Positions 27,680 through 38,033 of a stretch of DNA of 64,000 nucleotides are shown here, one piece after another. Position numbers and translations under genes: made by a program. The notes beneath the pieces were generated by a model that did not search any database, was not told the origin of the DNA, and was given only the letters and a program-made list of their open reading frames with translations. The DNA is from Candidatus Kaiserbacteria bacterium (GTDB lineage Bacteria > Patescibacteriota > Minisyncoccia > Phycocordibacterales > JABMNX01). Positions within the stretch are counted from its first letter, which is position 1. Each line of letters starts with the position of its first letter. The stretch covers positions 1,046-65,045 of the forward strand of contig JABMNX010000040.1 in the NCBI GenBank assembly GCA_013204405.1. The letters are read 5' to 3'.

Positions 27680-29065
27680 ATGGCATTTAAACCGTTGGAA
27701 ATTTTTGATGATCTAGAATTACAGACTCATTCCGTAGTATTACTGCTTGTAATTTTTGGGAGTCTTTTGTGGTATGCATATTCGTTATTTTCTCCATTGT
27801 TTAGTCCAGCATTACGAATAATTTTTTTTCTTGCACCAATATGGGTTCCACTCGTACTGGGAATTATGTCTTGGAGGCTGTGGCTTGAATTTATTCGTGC
27901 AAAATTTATAAGCAAACAAGAATACGTTCTCCTTGATATACGACTACCACGCGAAATCTCACGTTCCCCGTTGGCTATGGAGACACTGCTTACAAACTTT
28001 CATATTGGAATAGGAGAGACAACATTCATTGACCGATATATTCTAGGGAAAGTACGTCCATGGCACTCACTTGAAATGGTTTCATTGGGAGGTGAGATAC
28101 ATTTTTATATTTGGACACGAAAATTTCTTCAAAAAGTAATTGAGACACAGATTTATGGGCAATACCCAGCCGTTGAAATCTATGAAGCTGAAGATTACGC
28201 TAAAAAACTTCATTACACACCAGAGCAGTATGGGGTATGGGCATGTGATTTTAAATTAACTGGAAAAGACGCATATCCAATTAAGACGTATGTTGATTAC
28301 GGTCTTGATAAAGATCCTAAAGAAGAATTTAAAATTGATCCAATGGCGGGATTCTTTGAATTTCTCGGTCAGATTGGTCCTGATGAACAGATTTGGTTTC
28401 AGATTTTGATTCGGGTCAATAAGGGCGACCTTGAGGAGGATAGAAAATACATAAGTGCAAAAGATTTAAGAAAAGAGAGAGAAGAAGAGAAAAAGGATGG
28501 TTGGATTTTTTTTGGAGAAACAAGAAGTTGGAAAGAGGAAGCTAAAAAGGAGATCAAGAAAATTATAGATGACGCAACTCCCAAATACACTGATGATACA
28601 GGAAAGGAACGCCCAGGATTCCCTAATATGACACCAGGAGACACAGATAAGATTAAAGCACTTGAACGGAGTGTGTCAAAACTTGGGTTTGACGTTGGGA
28701 TACGTGGAATTTATATAGCAAAGTCAGACAAGTTTAACCCAACAAATATTGTTGCACTTACTGCGTCTCTTAAACAGCTTAACTCCTCAAACCTCAATGG
28801 ATTTTCTCCAACAAGGTGGTTTATTGATTTTAGTTATCCATGGCAAGATTTTCGAGGGAAAAAGAAAGAAGCTTATCGAAGAGAGGTTATTGATGCGTAC
28901 CGACGTCGTTCATGGTTCCATGCACCATACAAGACTCCTTCGTTTGTACTTAATACAGAAGAACTTGCAACAATATTTCATTTCCCTGGTTCAGTGGTAC
29001 AAGCTCCAACGCTTGGACGTGTTCAGTCTACCAAGGGAGATGCTCCATCTAATTTACCAATGTAA
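27680..29065 (+). CDS. Membrane-anchored hypothetical protein resembling the N-terminal region of CPR VirB4/VirD4-like ATPases
   Basis: SLEMVS..GEIHFYI, IYGQYPAVEI, YPIKTY and LNTEELATIFHFP; no Walker A. Confidence 0.55.
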   Translation: MAFKPLEIFDDLELQTHSVVLLLVIFGSLLWYAYSLFSPLFSPALRIIFFLAPIWVPLVLGIMSWRLWLEFIRAKFISKQEYVLLDIRLPREISRSPLAMETLLTNFHIGIGETTFIDRYILGKVRPWHSLEMVSLGGEIHFYIWTRKFLQKVIETQIYGQYPAVEIYEAEDYAKKLHYTPEQYGVWACDFKLTGKDAYPIKTYVDYGLDKDPKEEFKIDPMAGFFEFLGQIGPDEQIWFQILIRVNKGDLEEDRKYISAKDLRKEREEEKKDGWIFFGETRSWKEEAKKEIKKIIDDATPKYTDDTGKERPGFPNMTPGDTDKIKALERSVSKLGFDVGIRGIYIAKSDKFNPTNIVALTASLKQLNSSNLNGFSPTRWFIDFSYPWQDFRGKKKEAYRREVIDAYRRRSWFHAPYKTPSFVLNTEELATIFHFPGSVVQAPTLGRVQSTKGDAPSNLPM

Positions 29066-30132
29066 TGAATAATGAAGTTGCTGAAGAAATATATAAGGGT
29101 GAACAAGTATCTACTACTATCCATCGGAGAAGGTTTTTGGCTTTGGTGAAAGATTTTTTGCTTCATACTTTTTGGGAGTCTCCCGTAAAAAAGGCGATAT
29201 CTTTTTCAATTGCTCTTTTATTAATCGCTTCATATATATCTTTAATTAGCCCACCTTCCGGTTTTCCAGTTGGTCACATTATTACTGTTGAAAAAGGAAC
29301 CACACTTAAGGATATTGCTGATAATTTAAACTCTAGTGATGTAGTTCGTTCCCCGCTTCTTTTTTACAGTGCAGTAATAATTCTTGGTGGAGAAAAGAGT
29401 GCTCATGCTGGGGATTATTATCTTTATGAAAAAGAAGGGGTCTTCACTCTGGCATATCGTATTGTGCATGGAAAATTTGGACTGACACCCATTGTTGTAC
29501 AAATTCCTGAAGGGCTTAATATTAAAGAGTTGGCTCAACATCTTACGAATTCAATCGACACATTTGATATGTCAGAATTTCTTAGGTTAGCAGAACATGA
29601 AGAAGGGTACCTATTTCCTGATACATACCACTTCCTACCAAATGTAAGTGAAGAAGAGGTGTATCACACAATGAGGGACACGTTTGATATTCGTATAGAA
29701 GAAATTTCTACTGAGGTAAAAGATTTTACCCAAAAAATGAACCGGTCATTAGAGGAGGTTATCACTATGGCTTCAATAATTGAATTAGAGGCATCTGAAT
29801 TTGAAACAAAGCGTAATGTCTCAGGGGTGCTCTGGAACCGTATGGAGATAGGAATGGCACTTCAAGTTGATGCTTCGTTTGCACATCTTCTTAATAAAGG
29901 GACGTCACAACTCTCACTTGAAGATTTAGAAATTGATTCTCCATATAATACATATAAACATAAAGGACTTCCTCCAGGGCCAATTTCCAACCCAGGACTT
30001 GATTCAATTTTAGCGGCTGTAACCCCAATAGAGCACAACTATTTTTACTATTTAGCTGACAAAAGTGGTGTTACTCACTTTAGTAAAACCTTCAATGAAC
30101 ATACTCAAAAAAAGGCAACGTATATAGATTAG
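29065..30132 (+). CDS. mltG: Endolytic transglycosylase MltG
   Basis: EGYLFPDTY, MASIIELE, LQVDAS and SPYNTYKHKGLPPGPISNPG. Confidence 0.93.
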   Translation: MNNEVAEEIYKGEQVSTTIHRRRFLALVKDFLLHTFWESPVKKAISFSIALLLIASYISLISPPSGFPVGHIITVEKGTTLKDIADNLNSSDVVRSPLLFYSAVIILGGEKSAHAGDYYLYEKEGVFTLAYRIVHGKFGLTPIVVQIPEGLNIKELAQHLTNSIDTFDMSEFLRLAEHEEGYLFPDTYHFLPNVSEEEVYHTMRDTFDIRIEEISTEVKDFTQKMNRSLEEVITMASIIELEASEFETKRNVSGVLWNRMEIGMALQVDASFAHLLNKGTSQLSLEDLEIDSPYNTYKHKGLPPGPISNPGLDSILAAVTPIEHNYFYYLADKSGVTHFSKTFNEHTQKKATYID

Positions 30133-30160
30133 CATCTATCTTCGTGCTATAAACAGTTCT

Positions 30161-31219
30161 GTGAATAAAATAAGTGGCAAAACAGTATTTGTTGGTGTGA
30201 GTGGCGGGGTGGACTCGTCTGTTTCTGCTGCACTTCTTAAAGATCAGGGATATACAGTAATTGGTGTTTTTATTAAGGTGTGGCAGCCTGTGTTTTTGAA
30301 ATGTGATTGGGAAAAAGAACGAACCGATGCAATGCGGGTGTGTGCTCGACTTGATATACCGTTTATAACTCTCGACTTAGAGCACGAGTATAAAGAAGAG
30401 GTTGCAGATTATATGATTTCTGAATATAAAAACGGACGGACTCCTAACCCTGACGTTATGTGTAATAAATATATTAAGTTTGGAAGTTTTCTTTCATTTG
30501 CAAAAGAAAAAGGTGCAGACTACATAGCCACTGGTCACTATGCTCAAGTAAAAGAGGTTGGTGGTGAGTACGTAATGTTTCAGGGTGTAGATAGTAATAA
30601 AGACCAATCATATTTTCTATGGACACTTGGGCAATATGAACTTGGCTCAGTACTATTTCCTGTTGGTGGATACAAAAAGGACAGTGTACGTAAGCTCGCT
30701 AAAGAATACAATTTATTAACCGCAGATAAAAAAGACAGTCAAGGAATTTGTTTTTTGGGTCATGTGGACCTTGAGGAATTTCTTGGTCATTACATAGACC
30801 TTAAAGAAGGTGAGGTGTTTAATACAAAAGGGGAAGTGGTAGGGGTACACAATGGGTCTGAGCTCTACACAATGGGACAGCGTCACGGTTTTACAATCAA
30901 CGAAAAAGATACAGATAGAGAACCGTACTATGTTGTGTCTAAAGACATTGAGAAGAACACAGTAACTGTCTCTCATGAACCCAACGACAAAGATTTTAAT
31001 AAAAAAGAAGTTTCTCTTGAGGGAGTTAATTGGATAACAAATCCTCCAAAAGATGGAAAAGAGTACCAAGCACGCATCAGACACCGCGGAGAGCTACATT
31101 CGTGCACAGTCAGTGGCAGTTCTGTGGTCTTTAAAGAACCACAGCACGGACTCGCTCCTGGACAGTCTTTGGTTTTGTTTGATAAAAAAAGGTGTATAGG
31201 AGGTGGGATTGTTTCTTGA
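30161..31219 (+). CDS. mnmA: tRNA 2-thiouridylase MnmA
   Basis: SGGVDSSV, TPNPDVMCN, ATGHYA, KDQSYFL, DSQGICF and PGQ. Confidence 0.96.
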   Translation: MNKISGKTVFVGVSGGVDSSVSAALLKDQGYTVIGVFIKVWQPVFLKCDWEKERTDAMRVCARLDIPFITLDLEHEYKEEVADYMISEYKNGRTPNPDVMCNKYIKFGSFLSFAKEKGADYIATGHYAQVKEVGGEYVMFQGVDSNKDQSYFLWTLGQYELGSVLFPVGGYKKDSVRKLAKEYNLLTADKKDSQGICFLGHVDLEEFLGHYIDLKEGEVFNTKGEVVGVHNGSELYTMGQRHGFTINEKDTDREPYYVVSKDIEKNTVTVSHEPNDKDFNKKEVSLEGVNWITNPPKDGKEYQARIRHRGELHSCTVSGSSVVFKEPQHGLAPGQSLVLFDKKRCIGGGIVS

Positions 31220-31231
31220 TAGACTATTCTT

Positions 31232-32065
31232 ATGACCGAAGAGATTCTTATTAAAAAGACCGATGGGAGCACGGAGGCCTTTGATGCGTCAAAGTTGGAA
31301 GGTTCTCTAAAGCGTGCTGGGGCGTCAGAATCTATCATAAAAGAGATTGTAGACAAGGTGAACTCCAAACTTGTTCCAGGCATGACTACTAAAGAGATTT
31401 ATCAAGACGCTTTTGAGCTGCTTCGTGATAAAGAAGAAAAACCTATTGCTGCGAAATATTCTCTTAAAAAAGCTGTTTTTGAACTTGGTCCAAGTGGTTT
31501 TCCTTTTGAGGATTTTATAACAGAAATTTTTCGAGCAACTGGTCACGAAGCATCTAATGGAGTCATTATGGCAGGGAAGTGCGCAGAGCATGAGGTGGAT
31601 ATGTTCGCTGTGCACAAGGGAGGTAAACGGCATGGTGCAGAAATAAAATTTCACAACCACCCAGGAATTAAGACTGACCTTAAAGTAGCTTTGTATGTCC
31701 ATGCACGATTTGATGACCTTATTAAAGGCGGGAAGGTGGATGAAGGGGTCCTTATTACAAATACACGATTTACCAGTAATGCCCTTGAATATGGTAAGTG
31801 TGCAGGACTTAAGATGATTAGTTGGAATTACCCAGAAAAAGATAACCTGTATTCACTCATTGAAGAAACGGGACTGCATCCAATTACATGCCTCACTACT
31901 ATTCCTGATAGAAATAAGAAAATACTCATTGATAATGAAATAGTATTGTGTCGATCTATTAGGGAGAATGCAAGTGTGCTCAGTGAATACGGAGTTCCAG
32001 TAGACCGTATTCCAAGCATACTTGAGGAAGTAGGTTCCTTGTGCCAACCGGGTGCTGGAGTGTAG
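31232..32065 (+). CDS. ATP-cone plus Mrr-like restriction endonuclease-fold protein
   Basis: IKKTDGSTEAFDASKL (ATP cone); LGPSGFPFE...HEVD...EIKFHN; ITNTRFT. Confidence 0.8.
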   Translation: MTEEILIKKTDGSTEAFDASKLEGSLKRAGASESIIKEIVDKVNSKLVPGMTTKEIYQDAFELLRDKEEKPIAAKYSLKKAVFELGPSGFPFEDFITEIFRATGHEASNGVIMAGKCAEHEVDMFAVHKGGKRHGAEIKFHNHPGIKTDLKVALYVHARFDDLIKGGKVDEGVLITNTRFTSNALEYGKCAGLKMISWNYPEKDNLYSLIEETGLHPITCLTTIPDRNKKILIDNEIVLCRSIRENASVLSEYGVPVDRIPSILEEVGSLCQPGAGV

Positions 32066-32093
32066 AATGGACCATATCAGTAAATATACACGC

Positions 32094-32618
32094 ATGAATA
32101 CCATGACAGGAAATCAGAATATTAAGCTAATTGGAGTATTTCTCATAGGGGTAGTGGTTGGGAGTTTTTCTCTATGGATGTGGACTGCAACACAAGATGC
32201 TCTTTCTAAAGAAACAGAAGAAGGTTTGGTAATAAATAAAGAAGCTTCCAAAGACCAAAATACTGTTGCTCAAAATTTAAATACAGAGGAAACACAACTC
32301 TATAGTGATTCAATAGTAGTTCGAAACCAAGCACATGGGGCGTCAGTCATTGTAGAGAAGGCTCGTTTTGAAGAAGATGGATGGGTAGTGATTCATGAGG
32401 GGACCGTAAGTCAGATTGGAAATGCACTTGGAGCTGTTCGGTTTGACGCAGGGGAGCACAGTGGTGTTGTTGAGTTATTACGGTCAACTGAAGTGGGTAA
32501 TGTATACCGCGCTGTACTGTATCGAGATAACGGAGATAAGGAGTTTAGCCTTGATAGTGATTTCCCGTTTCTTCGTGATGGGAATCAACCCATCCTCACC
32601 ACATTTAGTGTAGAATAA
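32094..32618 (+). CDS. Membrane-anchored hypothetical protein
   Basis: N-terminal TM helix; GWVVIHE...LGA...LYRDNGDKEF beta-rich domain. Confidence 0.6.
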   Translation: MNTMTGNQNIKLIGVFLIGVVVGSFSLWMWTATQDALSKETEEGLVINKEASKDQNTVAQNLNTEETQLYSDSIVVRNQAHGASVIVEKARFEEDGWVVIHEGTVSQIGNALGAVRFDAGEHSGVVELLRSTEVGNVYRAVLYRDNGDKEFSLDSDFPFLRDGNQPILTTFSVE

Positions 32619-32638
32619 TATTATTATAGATAATAATT

Positions 32639-33148
32639 ATGGAACCAGTATTTTTTAATTCGACACTTGTAATATTTGGGCAGCTCATCCTAGCAATTCT
32701 TTTAGGAATGACGCTTGGAACAGAGCGTTCTGTTATTGCTAATAAGCGAGCTGGTACACGAACGTATTCACTTGTCGCCCTTGGATCGTGTCTATTTTCT
32801 ATTATTTCAATTCAAGTAACAAGCCAATATCTCGGACTTGTTTCCTTTGACCCAATGCGTGTTACTGCAGGGATTATTACTGGTATTGGTTTCTTAGGTG
32901 CTGGAATTATCATCTTTAAGGACAGTACACTTCAAGGGCTCACTACCGCTGCAGGACTTTGGGTGTCTGCTGGGATAGGTGTAGCGGTTGCCTTTAGTCT
33001 TTATGCTATAGCTATTTTTACAACAATTCTTACGCTTCTCGTGTTTACGGTATTATGGTTTGTGGAAAATAAACTCGATATGTTCTTTGATGAACAGAGT
33101 CGCATACGACTCGTAAAAAATAAGGAAGCTACGGAGCCACGAGATTAG
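32639..33148 (+). CDS. MgtC/SapB family membrane protein
   Basis: LGTER...AGTRTYSLVALG, DPMRVTAGIITGIGFLGAG and GLTTAAGLW. Confidence 0.92.
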   Translation: MEPVFFNSTLVIFGQLILAILLGMTLGTERSVIANKRAGTRTYSLVALGSCLFSIISIQVTSQYLGLVSFDPMRVTAGIITGIGFLGAGIIIFKDSTLQGLTTAAGLWVSAGIGVAVAFSLYAIAIFTTILTLLVFTVLWFVENKLDMFFDEQSRIRLVKNKEATEPRD

Positions 33149-33227
33149 CTTTTAAAATTCAAAGGTTGAGTTACGGATAGTTGATTTATTATATAGTTAC
33201 TTGATTATATGATAATATTATATTGTT

Positions 33228-33515
33228 ATGGAAACACTTATACATGCTGACATATTTTTCTTTATTACCAGTATCGCGGTAGTGGTTGTCACCATTGCTC
33301 TGTGCATAGTTACATATTTTGCGTTCAAAGCGTTTCGTGTATTAAAGGAAATAGGCGAAATAGTGCGCGACGAAGCAAAACTGATAAAGGAGGACATAGA
33401 TGGTGCGCGTAATACAATACGCACAAATACGAAAGTTATTAATACAATTATTAAGTCAGTCGCAGGGATGGGTTCTAAAAAAAAGAAAACATCAAGTACT
33501 GAAAGAAATAAATAA
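33228..33515 (+). CDS. Small membrane protein, DUF948/YtxG-like
   Basis: One TM helix plus a coiled coil; paired with the YtxH-like gene. Confidence 0.5.
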   Translation: METLIHADIFFFITSIAVVVVTIALCIVTYFAFKAFRVLKEIGEIVRDEAKLIKEDIDGARNTIRTNTKVINTIIKSVAGMGSKKKKTSSTERNK

Positions 33516-33522
33516 TATACAT

Positions 33523-33912
33523 ATGGCAACAAAAAAGAAAACAACAGGTGGAGCAAAGAAAGGACTTATATTAGCAGGAGTTGCTGCAGCAGCCGCCGCA
33601 GGAGCATACTATCTTTACGGACCAAAGGGAAAACAACACCGAAAAAAAATAAAGGGTTGGACACTTAAAGCGCAAGGCGAAGTAATGGAGCGTGTAGAAA
33701 AACTTAAGGAAGTAGACCGTGAGTCACTAAATAAAATAGTTGACACAGTGGCAAAGAAATACAAAACCGCACAAGGAATTTCAACTGCGGAAGTCGTAGC
33801 ATTTGCAAAAGATGTTAAGGGGCAGTGGAGTCATATAGAGAAAGAGTTTAAGAAAGGTGTTGCTGCTACTAAAAAAGTAGTAAAGAAGTCTAAGAAGACC
33901 GCAAAAAAATAA
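33523..33912 (+). CDS. YtxH-like protein
   Basis: GVAAAAAAGAYYLYGPKGKQHRKKIK; ATG at 33523. Confidence 0.6.
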   Translation: MATKKKTTGGAKKGLILAGVAAAAAAGAYYLYGPKGKQHRKKIKGWTLKAQGEVMERVEKLKEVDRESLNKIVDTVAKKYKTAQGISTAEVVAFAKDVKGQWSHIEKEFKKGVAATKKVVKKSKKTAKK

Positions 33913-33931
33913 TCTTTTAAAGTTACACACT

Positions 33932-35062
33932 ATGAAAAAAACCTTAATTATCTTAGTTGCTCTATTTATGGTGACAGCATTCTCTGCGTCTGCTGCAACA
34001 TTTAAAGTTGGTGATGTATATGAATACAAAGGAAGCACACAAGCTGATGATATATATATTGCTGGAGGCTCAATAGACGTATCAGGAGATATTAATGGAG
34101 ATGGTGTAATAGCTGGTGGAGATGTCTCTATTATAGGAGATATCTCTCAGGATGCGACAGTTGTCGGTGGTTCAATACGGCTTCTAGGTTCAGTGGGAGA
34201 TGATGCTCGAATTACTGGCGGAAACATTACCATCTCAAGCGATATTGCTGGTGACCTAGTTGCCGCAGGTGGTTTTATTAAGACTCTTTCTGGCTCAACT
34301 ATTTCTGGAGACGTTGTAATTGCTGGTGGAACTATATTTATTGATGGAAACGTTGGTGGCGACCTAACTATTTATGGGGAAGAGGTAAGGATAAACGGTG
34401 AAATCAAAGGAAATGTTAATCTTAAGTTTACAAAAAAAGTAATCTTAGGTGAAAATGCAATAATTGTAGGAAACCTTACGTACTCTGCAGATAAAGACAT
34501 AGAGATGTCAGATGGTACTGTAGTTGGCGGCATTGTTACTCGGCTTGAGTCACCAGTACATAGATTTGATTTTGATAAAAATGATATTGGAAAAGTTATA
34601 GGGTTTCTTTTCCTTGTTAAGTTACTGCTTATGCTTGTAGCAGGAGTTCTTGCAGTAGTCGTATTTAAGAAATTTTCAAAAACTGTTGGAGAACATACAT
34701 ACGAAGACTTCTGGAAGAATGCTCTTATTGGATTCATTACCCTTATTGTTGTTCCTGTTGCTGTAATCTTACTATTCGCAACCATACTTGGTATATGTGT
34801 TGGATTCATTCTTCTTGGCGCATACGTGTTAATGCTTATAATTTCTAAAGTACTCGCAGGTATTGTCGTGGGAGGACTCTTGTCGAAATGGATTAAAAAA
34901 GAAACTATAATCGATTGGAAATGGGCTGTGCTTGGTATTGTGGCACTCCAAGTAATTTCTTTTGTACCTCTGTTTGGTGGCATTGCAGCATTAATAATAG
35001 TACTCGCTACATTTGGAACACTTGGAACTCTTGCATATAAAAGGTTCTGGATTACTCGATAG
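33932..35062 (+). CDS. Bactofilin-like beta-helix repeat protein with a C-terminal membrane domain
   Basis: Signal peptide, repeated GDxxxAGGxIxIxG units and about 4-5 TM helices. Confidence 0.75.
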   Translation: MKKTLIILVALFMVTAFSASAATFKVGDVYEYKGSTQADDIYIAGGSIDVSGDINGDGVIAGGDVSIIGDISQDATVVGGSIRLLGSVGDDARITGGNITISSDIAGDLVAAGGFIKTLSGSTISGDVVIAGGTIFIDGNVGGDLTIYGEEVRINGEIKGNVNLKFTKKVILGENAIIVGNLTYSADKDIEMSDGTVVGGIVTRLESPVHRFDFDKNDIGKVIGFLFLVKLLLMLVAGVLAVVVFKKFSKTVGEHTYEDFWKNALIGFITLIVVPVAVILLFATILGICVGFILLGAYVLMLIISKVLAGIVVGGLLSKWIKKETIIDWKWAVLGIVALQVISFVPLFGGIAALIIVLATFGTLGTLAYKRFWITR

Positions 35063-35074
35063 ACTGTTGTATAA

Positions 35075-35623
35075 ATGAAAAAGACCAACAAGGAATTGAA
35101 TAAAAAAATAGAGGCTAAATCTATGGAAAACTACAGAAAAATTACCATCGGAGTAATGGGCTCATGGAGTGCAACCGATAAGGAAAACAAGAATGCAGAG
35201 ACACTGGGGAAGCTTATAGCTAATAAAGGCTGGGTAACTCTATCTGGTGGAGAGCCTGGTGGAGTGATGCAAGCAGTCTCTAAGGGTGCAAAAGAAGCTG
35301 ATGGATGGGTGGTTGGGATTTTACCCCAAACATCAGATAAACCCTATTCAGAATATCTAGACGTTGCAATATTTACCAACGCTTCAGCTGGACGAAACTA
35401 CTTCAATATACTTTCGTCAGATGTTGTGATTATCGCTTCAAAATTATCTGCTGGTACCTTAATGGAGGCTACTACAGCACTGAGGTTGAAGAAGCCAATA
35501 GTTGTGCTCAACAACAACAAAAAAGACCAAGAACTTTTGAAAGACAGGGGGAAAAAGCTTGTTTCAATTGCAAAATCCCCAGAAGACGTAATACGTCTGT
35601 GTGAAAAATTCCTAGAGAAATAA
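35075..35623 (+). CDS. LOG/SLOG-family (TIGR00725-like) nucleotide-binding protein
   Basis: IGVMG, SGGEPGGVMQAVSKGA...VVGILP, GRN and GTLME. Confidence 0.85.
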   Translation: MKKTNKELNKKIEAKSMENYRKITIGVMGSWSATDKENKNAETLGKLIANKGWVTLSGGEPGGVMQAVSKGAKEADGWVVGILPQTSDKPYSEYLDVAIFTNASAGRNYFNILSSDVVIIASKLSAGTLMEATTALRLKKPIVVLNNNKKDQELLKDRGKKLVSIAKSPEDVIRLCEKFLEK

Positions 35624-35709
35624 GCTTCAAAGAAAGTGAGTGAGTTAACTAAACTGCCAGAGTATCTAGGCCGTTTTTTGTTTTCTTGTATGATATACTG
35701 TCTCTAATT

Positions 35710-36564
35710 ATGGGAGCATTTTACAATCCAAATAGAGGAGCTGGTTGGAACTATGGTGGCAATAAATGGCGCCTTTCTCGTTCTAAAATAGACCTTTTTA
35801 TTTCATGTCCCCGGTGTTTTTGGCTTGATAACAAACTTGGAACCAAACGTCCTCCAGGGTACCCATTTAACTTAAATATTGCAGTTGATACGCTCTTAAA
35901 GAAAGAGTTTGATATTCACCGTCAGAATAAAACTCCACATCCGTTTATGGAAGAGTATGGAATTGATGCGGTTCCATTTCAGCACACTGATATGGACTTA
36001 TGGCGAGACAACTTCAAAGGGATTCAATGCTTACACGAACCTACAGGACTTACTGTTTCTGGAGCAGTGGATGATGTGTGGGTATCCCCAAGCGGTGAGT
36101 TAATTATTGTTGACTATAAAGCGACCAGTAAGAACGATGAAGTAAATCTCGATGCAGAGTGGCAAGACGGATACAAACGTCAGATGGAAGTATACCAATG
36201 GCTCTTCCGAAAAAACGGATTCAAGGTTTCAGACACTGGATATTTTGTATATGTGAATGGTAAAACTGATGTTGAGAAATTCGACGCAAAACTAGAATTT
36301 GATATTAAACTTCTCCCATATACTGGAAGTGACAATTGGATTGATGTGGTACTTGGTAAGGTTAAAAATTGTCTTGAGTCAGATTCAATTCCTGAAGTTG
36401 GAGAAGGGTGTGACTATTGCCCATACAGAGAAGTAGCAGGAAAGAAATTACAAGCTATACATTTAGCCAAAACTAAGACTTCAGAGAAACTTGAAGTGAA
36501 AGAGAAAAAAGAGGCTAAAAAAGAGGTAAAAGAAGAACAAGTTGATACTGGCACATTATTTTAA
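35710..36564 (+). CDS. PD-(D/E)XK nuclease, Cas4/AddB-like with four Cys
   Basis: LSRSKIDLFISCPRCFW, GAVDD, IVDYKAT, QMEVY and CDYCPY. Confidence 0.85.
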   Translation: MGAFYNPNRGAGWNYGGNKWRLSRSKIDLFISCPRCFWLDNKLGTKRPPGYPFNLNIAVDTLLKKEFDIHRQNKTPHPFMEEYGIDAVPFQHTDMDLWRDNFKGIQCLHEPTGLTVSGAVDDVWVSPSGELIIVDYKATSKNDEVNLDAEWQDGYKRQMEVYQWLFRKNGFKVSDTGYFVYVNGKTDVEKFDAKLEFDIKLLPYTGSDNWIDVVLGKVKNCLESDSIPEVGEGCDYCPYREVAGKKLQAIHLAKTKTSEKLEVKEKKEAKKEVKEEQVDTGTLF

Positions 36565-36566
36565 TT

Positions 36567-37025
36567 ATGCACGGACTTGATACTGAGCAACAAATATTTT
36601 TTTATGAACAAGAGTTCTATGTATTTTCAAACTTTTCTTCATTTAAACTCGAATGGAAAGGAGAGATGTGGATGACCTCTGAACACGCATATCATTCAGA
36701 AAAATTTGAAGATGAAGACATATTAGAGCAACTCAGAAATAGTAGTTCTGCTCATGATTCTATGAAGATTGCATACGCGTATAAAGATAAGTACAGGAAG
36801 AATTGGGATGAAGTAAAGCTTCAGGTAATGAAAGATATTTTACATGCGAAAGTTGAACAGCATCCATACGTAAAAAAGAAGTTACTTGAGTCGGGAGACA
36901 AGGAACTTATAGAAAATTCATGGAGGGACGATTTTTGGGGATGGGGGCCCAATAAAGACGGAAATAATCAACTAGGGAAACTCTGGATGGAAGTTCGTGA
37001 TGAAGTACGTTCTCACATTAATTAA
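36567..37025 (+). CDS. NADAR/YbiA-family N-glycosidase
   Basis: FSNF, TSEHAYHSEKF, WDEVKLQVM, LIENSWRDDFWG and GNNQLGKLWMEVR. Confidence 0.9.
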   Translation: MHGLDTEQQIFFYEQEFYVFSNFSSFKLEWKGEMWMTSEHAYHSEKFEDEDILEQLRNSSSAHDSMKIAYAYKDKYRKNWDEVKLQVMKDILHAKVEQHPYVKKKLLESGDKELIENSWRDDFWGWGPNKDGNNQLGKLWMEVRDEVRSHIN

Positions 37026-37059
37026 ATACGTATTTAAATACACACTTAATCAGTTTCAT

Positions 37060-37305
37060 ATGTTCACAGAAAAAGTATTAGAAGTTGTAAAAAGTATTCC
37101 AAAAGGGAAGACACTTTCGTATAAAGAGGTTGCGGAGAAAGCTGGGTCTCCAAAAGCATATCGAAAAGTTGGAAGTCTTATGAAGGCAAACTACGACGCT
37201 ACTGTGCCGTGTCACCGAGTCATCAAGTCTGATGGTTCTCTTGGAGCGTATAACCGCGGTGCTGATTTAAAATATAAAAAATTAAAAGAAGAGGGAGCTC
37301 TTTAG
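37060..37305 (+). CDS. MGMT/Ogt C-terminal domain-only protein (alkylguanine repair)
   Basis: IPKGKTLSYKEVA, RKVG and the VPCHRVI active-site motif. Confidence 0.9.
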   Translation: MFTEKVLEVVKSIPKGKTLSYKEVAEKAGSPKAYRKVGSLMKANYDATVPCHRVIKSDGSLGAYNRGADLKYKKLKEEGAL

Positions 37306-37982
37306 GAACACCAGTCGATTTCTTTGCTGTTATATTCCTTTAGGTACACATTCGCAAGTTTAAAGTGATTACATCCAAGAAACCCCCTATGTGCTGAAAG
37401 TGGAGAGGGGTGAGGAGCCATGAGGACAAGATGTTTATCTGTATCTATAAGTTGTGATTTCTCTTGAGCGTATGCTCCCCAAAGCATAAACACAACGTGG
37501 CTATTATTGTCTGAAACTGCAGATATAACAGCGTCTGTGAATTTGTGCCACCCATAATCGGCGTGAGAATTTGCAACTCCTTCACGAACTGAAAGTGACG
37601 TATTGAGAAGAAAGACACCTTGTTTCGCAAAACGCGTAAGGTCAGGGTTATGGTTACAGAGGTTGTCATACTCTAAATCTATTTCTTTAAACACATTTTG
37701 TAGCGAGGGAGGAACTTTGTTTTTTGAGTCAGTTGAAAATGCGAGTCCGTCAGCAACTCCGGGTGTATGGTAGGGGTCTTGTCCAAGTATAACGACACGA
37801 ACATCTGTTGGTAAACATAACTCAAACGCTCGAAAAACTTGCTTTGGTGGGGGATACACTATTTTGTTAAGATATTCTTCTCTAACCTTCAAAGTAAGAC
37901 CTTTAAAATACAATTTATCGAATTCTTCAGTGAGAAGATTCTTCCACTCAACAGGTATGTGGATTTTGTGTGATTCCACCAT
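37302..37982 (-). CDS. ung: Uracil-DNA glycosylase family 1
   Basis: GQDPYH, GLAFS, PPSLQN, LLNTSL and HPSPLSAHRGF. Confidence 0.96.
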   Translation of the reverse strand: MVESHKIHIPVEWKNLLTEEFDKLYFKGLTLKVREEYLNKIVYPPPKQVFRAFELCLPTDVRVVILGQDPYHTPGVADGLAFSTDSKNKVPPSLQNVFKEIDLEYDNLCNHNPDLTRFAKQGVFLLNTSLSVREGVANSHADYGWHKFTDAVISAVSDNNSHVVFMLWGAYAQEKSQLIDTDKHLVLMAPHPSPLSAHRGFLGCNHFKLANVYLKEYNSKEIDWCS

Positions 37983-38033
37983 ATACATATAGTGTAGCAG
38001 TAGAGTCTCCCCTCTGCTATGATGCTCTAACAT

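Noticed and set aside
34030-34420. DNA tandem repeat in the beta-helix gene
   Set aside because: The periodicity is at the protein level only; the codons are diverged.
35710-36564. CRISPR-Cas locus suggested by Cas4-like nucleases (also 63437-64000)
   Set aside because: No repeat-spacer array or cas1/cas2 was seen in the window; stand-alone nucleases of this type are common.
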